DNA of 64,000 nucleotides from contig CAXXMD010000002.1 of assembly GCA_963675755.2 (NCBI GenBank), positions 1,440,001-1,504,000 on the forward strand. Reading direction: 5' to 3'. The position numbers and the translations under genes are program-made. The notes under the pieces were generated by a model, which searched no databases, had not been told where the DNA came from, and saw only the letters and a list, made by a program, of their open reading frames with translations. This document shows, one piece after another, positions 56,613-64,000 of the stretch. This stretch comes from a bacterium. GTDB lineage: Bacteria; Zhuqueibacterota; Zhuqueibacteria; Residuimicrobiales; Krinioviventaceae. How positions within the stretch are numbered: the first letter of the stretch is position 1; every line of letters begins with the position of its first letter.

Positions 56613-57376
56613 AACAGTTGAACATATTATTAACAAACGATGATGGTATAGGCGCGCCCGGCCTGGCTGCTCTTGCTCTTGAAATGCAAAAACTGGGCAC
56701 GGTGCATGTGGTTGCACCTGAAACTGAAATGAGCGCTGTAGGGCATGCAATAACATTACATGATCCCTTGCGTGTTAGAGATTTTTATAAAAACGGCACT
56801 TATTTTGGCAAAGCAGTCAGCGGTACCCCAGCGGATTGTGTCAAGATTGCCTGGGGCGCATTGTTAAAAGACTTGCCCAAAATTGATCTGCTTGTATCTG
56901 GCATTAATCAGGGTTCCAATGCCGGCATCAATACAATTTATTCGGGAACCGTTTCAGCAGCAACTGAAGGAGCAATTCTGGGTATTCCTTCTTTTGCAAT
57001 ATCACTGGCATCTTTTACATTTACGGATTTCAGTATAGCAGCACGTTTTGCAGCCAAGCTGACACCTCATATAATGGAAAACAAACTCCCCAAAGGAGTT
57101 TATCTGAACGTGAATGTACCGGCCCTGCCTGAAGATGAAATTCAGGGTGTAGAAATTACCCGACAGGGCATGGCAATCTATACCGAAGAATTTGAGGTAC
57201 GAAGAGATCCAAGGAATCGTGAATATTACTGGTTGACCGGGGAAAAGCAAGAAATAGAAGCTGAACAGGATGTGGATGACAGAGCCATTATGAATAAAAA
57301 AATTTCAATTACACCTGTACACTATGACCTCACATATTATCCGTTTATGAACGAATTAAAACATTGGAACATTTGA
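56609..57376 (+). CDS. surE: 5'/3'-nucleotidase SurE
   Basis: ILLTNDDG..APG, GTPADCV, SGINQG.N.G...YSGTVSAA.EG. Confidence 0.96.
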   Translation: MKQLNILLTNDDGIGAPGLAALALEMQKLGTVHVVAPETEMSAVGHAITLHDPLRVRDFYKNGTYFGKAVSGTPADCVKIAWGALLKDLPKIDLLVSGINQGSNAGINTIYSGTVSAATEGAILGIPSFAISLASFTFTDFSIAARFAAKLTPHIMENKLPKGVYLNVNVPALPEDEIQGVEITRQGMAIYTEEFEVRRDPRNREYYWLTGEKQEIEAEQDVDDRAIMNKKISITPVHYDLTYYPFMNELKHWNI

Positions 57377-57396
57377 TAAATAAAAAAGAGAGATAA

Positions 57397-58935
57397 ATGA
57401 CGCATAACGAATCGATCATTGTTCTTGATTTTGGTTCTCAATACACTCAACTCATTGCAAGACGAATCAGGGAGCTGGGTGTTTATTCCGAAATCAAACC
57501 ATTTGACTATGATATTGAAAAAATCAAAAAATTGGCCCCTAAAGGAATCATCCTTTCCGGGAGTCCGTCCTCAGTTTATGAAACAGATGCTCCCCTGCCT
57601 GACAGTCGCGTGTTTGATCTGGGCTGCCCGGTTCTGGGTATTTGTTACGGTTTACAGGTTATGGCGCATATTAACGGCGGTAAAGTTGCCGGGGCACTGC
57701 ACCGTGAATATGGCCATGCAGATCTGCAGGTAGATGACCATTCTGACTTGTTTCATCAACTGGACAAGCTGGTATCGGTATGGATGAGCCATGGTGATCG
57801 TCTTGAAGTCCTTCCCCCTGACTTTGAGATCATTGCACATACCAAAAACGCTCCTATAGCTGCGGTACGGCATAAACAAAAACATTATTACGGCATTCAA
57901 TTCCACCCCGAAGTGGTTCACACCCCCCGCGGTAAAGATATTCTTGGCAATTTTGTATACAGAATCTGCGGTTGTGATAATTCATGGGGTGCAACTTCAT
58001 TTGTTGATACAGCAATCAATGATATAAAAAATACCGTTGGCGATGCCCATACCATATGCGCATTAAGCGGTGGCGTAGATTCAACTGTTGCGGCTTATCT
58101 GGTAGCCAAAGCCATTGGTAAAAACCTGACCTGTATATTTGTAGACACCGGCATGCTGCGTGAAAATGAAGCCGAACAGGTTTGTGAATATTTCAAAGAT
58201 GCAGAGTTTAACTTTATTTTTGTAGATGCCTCTGAAAGATTTCTCAGCAAACTTGAAGGGGTTATTGATCCCGAAGAAAAACGTAAAATTATTGGTACCG
58301 AATTTATTCGGGTATTTGAAGATGAAGCGTCCAAACTGGGTGATATTCAATACCTGGTTCAGGGTACCCTGTATCCCGATGTTATTGAAAGTGTATCCAT
58401 TAAAGGTCCCTCCGCCCTTATAAAATCACACCATAATGTTGGTGGATTACCGGAAAAAATGGGGCTTAAACTGGTTGAACCTTTGCGCGAATTATTCAAA
58501 GATGAAGTCAGACGGGTTGGTAAAGAATTACAAATTCCTGAAAATATTTTAAAACGCCACCCCTTCCCTGGTCCCGGTCTTGCCGTAAGGATTTTGGGAG
58601 AAATTACACGTGACAGGCTCAAAGTTCTAAGACCGGCAGACAGAATCTTTATTGAAGAACTGATAGCCAATGAAGAATATGATAATATCTGGCAGGCATT
58701 TGCGGTACTGCTTCCCATTCAAACGGTGGGTGTTATGGGAGATGAGCGTACCTATGAAAATGTAGTTGCGTTAAGAGCAGTAACCAGTCTTGACGGCATG
58801 ACAGCAGAATGGGCAATAATCCCCAACGATCTGCTGGCAAAAATTTCAAACAGAATCATCAATGAAGTAAAAGGTGTGAACCGGGTGGTATATGACATTA
58901 GTACCAAACCACCAAGCACCATAGAGTGGGAATAA
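57397..58935 (+). CDS. guaA: GMP synthase (glutamine-hydrolysing)
   Basis: [60 protein letters not shown]. Confidence 0.98.
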   Translation: MTHNESIIVLDFGSQYTQLIARRIRELGVYSEIKPFDYDIEKIKKLAPKGIILSGSPSSVYETDAPLPDSRVFDLGCPVLGICYGLQVMAHINGGKVAGALHREYGHADLQVDDHSDLFHQLDKLVSVWMSHGDRLEVLPPDFEIIAHTKNAPIAAVRHKQKHYYGIQFHPEVVHTPRGKDILGNFVYRICGCDNSWGATSFVDTAINDIKNTVGDAHTICALSGGVDSTVAAYLVAKAIGKNLTCIFVDTGMLRENEAEQVCEYFKDAEFNFIFVDASERFLSKLEGVIDPEEKRKIIGTEFIRVFEDEASKLGDIQYLVQGTLYPDVIESVSIKGPSALIKSHHNVGGLPEKMGLKLVEPLRELFKDEVRRVGKELQIPENILKRHPFPGPGLAVRILGEITRDRLKVLRPADRIFIEELIANEEYDNIWQAFAVLLPIQTVGVMGDERTYENVVALRAVTSLDGMTAEWAIIPNDLLAKISNRIINEVKGVNRVVYDISTKPPSTIEWE

Positions 58936-58951
58936 AAAAGGATGATATCTT

Positions 58952-60784
58952 ATGTGTGGTATAGTAGGATACATTGGTGAACAAAAAGTTACACCAATAT
59001 TATTAAACGGATTGAAAAGGCTCGAGTACAGAGGCTATGACTCTGCAGGCCTTGCAATATTAAACAACAGTTCTATAGACATTTACAAAGCTGTTGGTAA
59101 AATCAAAGAACTTGAAAACTCTATCACCGGTAAAAATATATCTGGCACCGTAGGAATAGGACATACACGCTGGGCTACACATGGTGAGCCCTCTTTTACA
59201 AATGCGCATCCCCATACAGGTGATGACAATAAACTGGCACTTGTCCATAACGGTATTATAGAAAATTATGAAGAACTAAAATCAGAACTGCAAGCCAAAG
59301 GGCACACTTTTAAAACAGAAACAGACACAGAAACCCTGTGTCACCTGTTTGAAGAATTGGTCAACGAAGGCCACGAGTTTACCGAAGCCGTACGCTTGGG
59401 ACTGGGCCGGGTTGAAGGTACTTTTGGTTTGGTTATTGTGAATTCGGAACAGCCGGACAAGATTGTTGCAGCAAGACGTGGTAGTCCGTTGGTTATTGGT
59501 TTGGGTAATGGCGAAAACTTTATCGCATCTGATGCAGCCCCACTGGTAGGTCATACTACCAATGTCGTCTATCTTGAAGATAATGAAATGGCGGTAATTA
59601 CACGCAATACCATGCAGGTAAAAACCATTCAGGATGTTCCCGTAAATAAACTGGTTGAGCATATTGACACAAATCTGGCCGAGATTGAAAAATCCGGTTA
59701 TTCGCATTTCATGCTCAAAGAGATCATGGAACAACCTGAAACCATGTCAGATACCATGCGTGGCAGACTATTGTTAAAAGAAGGCACCTCGCATCTGGGT
59801 GGTTTGGGTAAAGATATTGAATCTTTGCTATATGCCCGTCGGGTAATTATAACAGCATGCGGAACTTCATGGCATGCAGCGTTAATTGGTGAATACATGC
59901 TTGAAGAACTGGTAGGTATTCCGGTTGAAGTAGAGTATGCATCCGAATTTCGTTATCGCGACCCCGTACTGGGTAGTGATTCCGTAGTGATCGCCATCAG
60001 CCAATCCGGTGAAACTGCTGATACCTTGGCAGCAATCCGTGAAGCCAAACGCAAGCGCTGTAAAGTATTTGGAATTTGTAATGTAGTAGGTTCAAGCATT
60101 GCCCGTGAAACAGACGCAGGTGTATTTTTACACGCGGGACCTGAAATTGGTGTTGCTTCCACAAAAGCGTTTACCTCGCAGGTAACGGTATTGTCACTCA
60201 TAGCGCTTTTATTAGGTCGTATGCGTTCGGTTTCAAGCGCCAAAGGAATGGAAATTGCCAAAGAATTGGCCGCTATTCCATCCAAAGTGGAAAAAGTACT
60301 GAAAAACCATGAACAGATCAAAGAAATTGCAAATGAAATCAAAGACATTCGCAATGTATTGTATCTGGGCAGAGGATATAATTTTCCAGTTGCGTTAGAA
60401 GGTGCTTTGAAATTAAAAGAAATTTCTTATATTCATGCCGAAGGTTATCCTGCTGCAGAGATGAAACACGGTCCCATTGCTCTGATTGATAAAGATATGC
60501 CTGTTATAGTTATTGCAACCAAAGATTCTATCTATGACAAGGTTATGAGCAATATTGAAGAAGTTCGGGCAAGAAAGGGTCGTGTCATTGCAATTGCAAC
60601 CGAAGGCGATACCGAAATAGCAAAAAAAGCAGACAGGGTTATTTATGTTCCATCTACCCTCGATATGCTGAACCCATTGATCAATATCATCCCCTTGCAG
60701 CTTTTGTCATATTATGTTGCTGTATTAAGGGGCTGCGATGTGGATCAGCCTAGAAATCTTGCAAAAAGTGTAACTGTTGAATAA
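58952..60784 (+). CDS. glmS: Glutamine-fructose-6-phosphate transaminase
   Basis: MCGIVG, LEYRGYDSAG, GHTRWATHG, SQSGETADT, EGALKLKE, PRNLAKSVTVE. Confidence 0.98.
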   Translation: MCGIVGYIGEQKVTPILLNGLKRLEYRGYDSAGLAILNNSSIDIYKAVGKIKELENSITGKNISGTVGIGHTRWATHGEPSFTNAHPHTGDDNKLALVHNGIIENYEELKSELQAKGHTFKTETDTETLCHLFEELVNEGHEFTEAVRLGLGRVEGTFGLVIVNSEQPDKIVAARRGSPLVIGLGNGENFIASDAAPLVGHTTNVVYLEDNEMAVITRNTMQVKTIQDVPVNKLVEHIDTNLAEIEKSGYSHFMLKEIMEQPETMSDTMRGRLLLKEGTSHLGGLGKDIESLLYARRVIITACGTSWHAALIGEYMLEELVGIPVEVEYASEFRYRDPVLGSDSVVIAISQSGETADTLAAIREAKRKRCKVFGICNVVGSSIARETDAGVFLHAGPEIGVASTKAFTSQVTVLSLIALLLGRMRSVSSAKGMEIAKELAAIPSKVEKVLKNHEQIKEIANEIKDIRNVLYLGRGYNFPVALEGALKLKEISYIHAEGYPAAEMKHGPIALIDKDMPVIVIATKDSIYDKVMSNIEEVRARKGRVIAIATEGDTEIAKKADRVIYVPSTLDMLNPLINIIPLQLLSYYVAVLRGCDVDQPRNLAKSVTVE

Positions 60785-60796
60785 AAGGAGGATTGT

Positions 60797-62641
60797 TTGC
60801 GTACATCCAATCACTTCAAATTACTACTCGTATTACTGTTTCTTAGCATCACCATACAAGCAACCCTGGCTCAGGATGCAGACACAAAAAAGCTATTTGA
60901 TCAGGGTGTAATTTATTACCAAAATAGATTATACAAGGATGCATTTACAACATTCAAGTCCATTGAATCTATGACAGCTCCAAATCCGTTAATTACTTCA
61001 ACCTACCTCATGCTTGCCAAAACTGCAATCAAAGTGGGTGAAGAAGAAAAAGCAGCCAGTTATATTAAATATTTACGTTCTGCTTATCCTGAAAGTAAAT
61101 ACAATGCACATGGCTATTATCTGATGGGGCAAATTGATTTTGGAAAACAGTGCTATGTAAATGCTTTTGAAAATTTCAGCAAAGCCAGAGAATTTTCAAC
61201 AGATGATGAATTAACAAATTTGGCAACTGCCGCATGTGATACCCTGTTAAGTCTGGGAATTGATCATAAAACCCTGTTAAATCTGTATTCAAGCTATCCC
61301 TGGCAGAAAAATAAAACTGCTTTCGAGTTATGGACTGCAGAATCTTATATACGTAATGGAGACAGAGAATCTGCAAACCTCATTCTAAACCAGATACTAT
61401 CAACCCAAAAAGATTCTAAGGTCATAGATAAAGCACAAGCTTTGAAAAATCTTCAATATACACCCAAATTAAAGATTGGTGTTATCTTGCCAATGTCCGG
61501 CTATTTTTCTGACGAGGCAAAACAACTGCTTCGCGGTATGGGCCTGGCTCTTGAAGAAAACAAAGATGTTCAGAATCTGATTGATCTGGAAATAGCAGAT
61601 TCGCAGGGTGAACAGGTTGGTGCAGTTCATACAGCTCTGGATATTACCCAAAAAGATTATTCATTATTAATCGGCGAACTTGAAGATAATAACTCGATAG
61701 CCATTGCAGGTCTTGCAGCCCGTGAAAATATACCCATCATTGTTCCTGTAGGTACACAAAATGGTGTTGCAACCATTGGAGATAAAACCTTTCAAGCCAA
61801 TAATGACCTCAATACCCGTGGCGCTGCTTTGGGTGAATATGCAGTAAATGTTCTGGGTATGAAAACCTTTGCAACCATTGCCCCAGCCGATGAATATGGT
61901 CACGCCCTTACAGACGCATTTACCAAAAAAATTGACAATCTGGGCGGTACAATCATTTCGCAAAAATGGTTTTATCCCGGTACTACAGATCTCAAGCGTC
62001 AGCTTGATGCAATTCGAGAAGCAGGTTTCCGATACGCTTTTCGTGATTCCATTGAAGCCATGGGTTTACCGGTTACACAATCCAGGATCGACTCTATTTA
62101 CAACGCAATGAACGAGTGGGCCAAAGATGAATCAACTGATAATGAAGGTCTTATCGAGTCTACCGATATTCCGGTTACATCTATTGATGGATTCTTTTTA
62201 CCGGTGTATGAAGAAGAGCTCTCAATTATAGCGCCTCAATTGGCATTATCAAATATTGTTACTACCCCATTGGGTGGTGGATACTGGTTAGACAAAAGAC
62301 TGCTGAGAAGACAGAGAAACTATTTAGACGGTTGTGTTTTTGTAGCAGGATATTATTTCTCAGAAACCGACCTGAGATACAAAAAATTTGTAAATGACTA
62401 TCGCCTGTTAACCGCTGCATCTCCCGGAAAACTTTCTGTATATGGTTATAATGTAATGAATCTTATTATTCAAGCCGTAAGGGAAGGTAATACGACACGT
62501 GAAGAAATAGTAAACTTTCTTGATAATGTTAAAGATTTCGATGGTATAGGTGGAAAAATCACCTTTTATCAAAGCGGACATGTGAACAAGGCAGTAAATA
62601 TTTTACAATATAAAGACGGAAACATATCAAAAATCAATTAA
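60797..62641 (+). CDS. TPR + periplasmic-binding-fold protein (LpoA/LppC-like)
   Basis: Signal peptide, TPR-like helices, then KIGVILPMSG, YG..L...F......GG.I, YGYN, F.G.GG.I.F. Confidence 0.7.
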   Translation: MRTSNHFKLLLVLLFLSITIQATLAQDADTKKLFDQGVIYYQNRLYKDAFTTFKSIESMTAPNPLITSTYLMLAKTAIKVGEEEKAASYIKYLRSAYPESKYNAHGYYLMGQIDFGKQCYVNAFENFSKAREFSTDDELTNLATAACDTLLSLGIDHKTLLNLYSSYPWQKNKTAFELWTAESYIRNGDRESANLILNQILSTQKDSKVIDKAQALKNLQYTPKLKIGVILPMSGYFSDEAKQLLRGMGLALEENKDVQNLIDLEIADSQGEQVGAVHTALDITQKDYSLLIGELEDNNSIAIAGLAARENIPIIVPVGTQNGVATIGDKTFQANNDLNTRGAALGEYAVNVLGMKTFATIAPADEYGHALTDAFTKKIDNLGGTIISQKWFYPGTTDLKRQLDAIREAGFRYAFRDSIEAMGLPVTQSRIDSIYNAMNEWAKDESTDNEGLIESTDIPVTSIDGFFLPVYEEELSIIAPQLALSNIVTTPLGGGYWLDKRLLRRQRNYLDGCVFVAGYYFSETDLRYKKFVNDYRLLTAASPGKLSVYGYNVMNLIIQAVREGNTTREEIVNFLDNVKDFDGIGGKITFYQSGHVNKAVNILQYKDGNISKIN

Positions 62642-62750
62642 TTATGACTTGCGTCACACCAAATTCGGAAATATTCTATTAATATAGGATGTTAAAAAAA
62701 ACGAAACAACAGAAACTCAAAACTAACAATCATGATGGAGGGCAATCCTA

Positions 62751-63317
62751 ATGAAAAAACTATTACTGATTATGCTGGTACTCGCAACCCCGTTTATGGC
62801 AATGGCGCAACTTGACCTGGGTCTATATGGTGTTGGTGGTCAAATTGGTTATGTAATGCCTGAAGGTGACATTGAAAATCCGATCAGTTTCGGAGCAAAC
62901 CTTGACATCGGTTCTTTTGGCGAAAACATTGATCTTTATGCTTACGTAAATTACTGGGGCAAAAGTTATGATGTTGGCGAATACTATGAATGGTCTTATT
63001 CCATTCTTTCTATTGCAGCAATTGCAAGATACCCCTTTGAAATGCAGGGTTCATTGAAACCTTATGCAGGTGCTGGATTGGGTTTTGAAATTGCAAGTTG
63101 GGATTCAAAATACACTGGTCCAACTTATGGCGGTTATATTACTGCAGCTGACTATGATTACTCTGACAGTTCAACTGACTTGGGTATTCATTTGTTAGGT
63201 GGTGCTGAAATGGAAATTAACGAAAAAATGACCGGTTTTGGTGAAGTAAGATACACCATTTCTGACGTTGACTATTTCGGAATTTACGTTGGCGTAACCT
63301 ACTCTTTAGGCAAATAA
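62751..63317 (+). CDS. Small outer-membrane beta-barrel protein (OmpA/OmpW-like)
   Basis: Signal peptide, alternating beta strands, PYAGAGLG, C-terminal GVTYSL. Confidence 0.8.
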   Translation: MKKLLLIMLVLATPFMAMAQLDLGLYGVGGQIGYVMPEGDIENPISFGANLDIGSFGENIDLYAYVNYWGKSYDVGEYYEWSYSILSIAAIARYPFEMQGSLKPYAGAGLGFEIASWDSKYTGPTYGGYITAADYDYSDSSTDLGIHLLGGAEMEINEKMTGFGEVRYTISDVDYFGIYVGVTYSLGK

Positions 63318-63322
63318 TATTT

Positions 63323-63360
63323 AGCCCCTGTGCCTTCCCCGGCACAGGGGTTCCTTTCTT
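63323..63360 (+). terminator. Intrinsic terminator
   Basis: AGCCCCTGTGCC-TTCCCC-GGCACAGGGGTT followed by a T-rich tail. Confidence 0.75.
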
Positions 63361-63482
63361 GACAATAATCCTTTTTTTTCATATATTTTCTTTCGGTGGT
63401 TTTCACATTCTGCCTTAAATTCCTTCTAGTATCTCTATTATCAAAGAGTAATACTTTAATATTTATCTCATCCGGAGTTGTT

Positions 63483-64000
63483 ATGAAAAAACAATCAATT
63501 ATTTTATTTTTACTCATGGTACTCATTTTCACCCCCTTCATCAACGCGCAAACCATTATTGATAAAGGTATAAGAGGCGGACTTGTCTTGTCAGACGTTA
63601 CCGGTGATGACGCGGAACATGCTGAATCCATTATGGGATATTCCATTGGCGGTTTTGTAACGTTTGCTTTAAATCAACAATTCGCAATCCGTCCCGAAGT
63701 CATGTTTTCAGCCAAAGGATTTGATTTTAATCATTCTGTTTTAACAACTCTTTCTGACGTTCTGTTAGATATTCATTACAATGCGGAAGATAGATTTAAT
63801 TACCTTGAAATACCTGTTCTGGGCGTCTATAGTTTGAATCCTTCTATTAATATTTTTGCCGGACCGTACTTGGAAATTTTTCTAAATGGCAGTGAAAAAT
63901 ACGATTCTACAACAAAATTTGAATATGATTTGAACGGTACAACATACGCCGATTCTGAAAACGATTCTGGCTCGTATGACATCGAATCCGATGATATCAA
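63483..64000 (+). CDS. PorT-like/porin-family outer-membrane beta-barrel, truncated by the window end
   Basis: Manual translation: MKKQSIILFLLMVLIFTPFINAQTIIDKGIRGGLVLSDV...GYSIGGF...AIRPEVMFSAKG...NYLEIPVL...IFAGPY. Confidence 0.75.
   Translation, partial: MKKQSIILFLLMVLIFTPFINAQTIIDKGIRGGLVLSDVTGDDAEHAESIMGYSIGGFVTFALNQQFAIRPEVMFSAKGFDFNHSVLTTLSDVLLDIHYNAEDRFNYLEIPVLGVYSLNPSINIFAGPYLEIFLNGSEKYDSTTKFEYDLNGTTYADSENDSGSYDIESDDI

Noticed and set aside
58936-58951. glmS ribozyme upstream of glmS
   Set aside because: Only 16 nt separate guaA and glmS, leaving no room.
63299-63646. 115-aa minus-strand ORF
   Set aside because: It overlaps a terminator and the plus-strand porin-family gene starting at 63483, which has a signal peptide and family motifs.
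1-64000. CRISPR array, IS element, integrase or prophage
   Set aside because: No regularly spaced repeat-spacer array and no transposase, recombinase or phage motifs in any ORF.

Overview
AT-rich bacterial window, probably from an FCB-superphylum lineage outside Bacteroidetes. KSB1/Calditrichota/Ignavibacteria-like is my inference from PorV and PorX, a T9SS-type C-terminal domain, AGGAG Shine-Dalgarno use and the absence of SusD. It has three blocks. (1) 1-29170 (minus): a polysaccharide-utilisation locus whose enzymes match rhamnogalacturonan-II degradation (GH140, GH127, CE12, GH138, a PL1+GH33 fusion, two GH28, GH43, GH142, plus unclassified enzymes). Uptake appears to use a TonB receptor + T9SS-CTD protein + PorV triad instead of SusC/SusD, with XylR and LacI regulators. 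The first ~3 kb carries many frameshifts. (2) 29389-34281: tRNA-Met, a NUDIX hydrolase, pgi, cstA and an FMN-binding membrane protein. 34299-51923 (minus) follows as a ~17.6 kb type IV pilus locus. Its major pilin and all three minor pilins start directly at the hydrophobic helix with no class III leader peptide, and it contains no prepilin peptidase. It also has fused PilMN, an unusual secretin, an invasin-like lipoprotein and a PilS-like sensor lacking its ATPase domain. (3) 52534-64000 (plus): porX-tsaE-tsaB-rimI-accD-surE-guaA-glmS, an LpoA-like gene and two outer-membrane beta-barrel genes. The best candidates for undescribed systems are the leaderless type IV pilus and the TonB receptor/CTD-cargo/PorV uptake module. 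All family calls come from motif recognition by eye, not from database searches.
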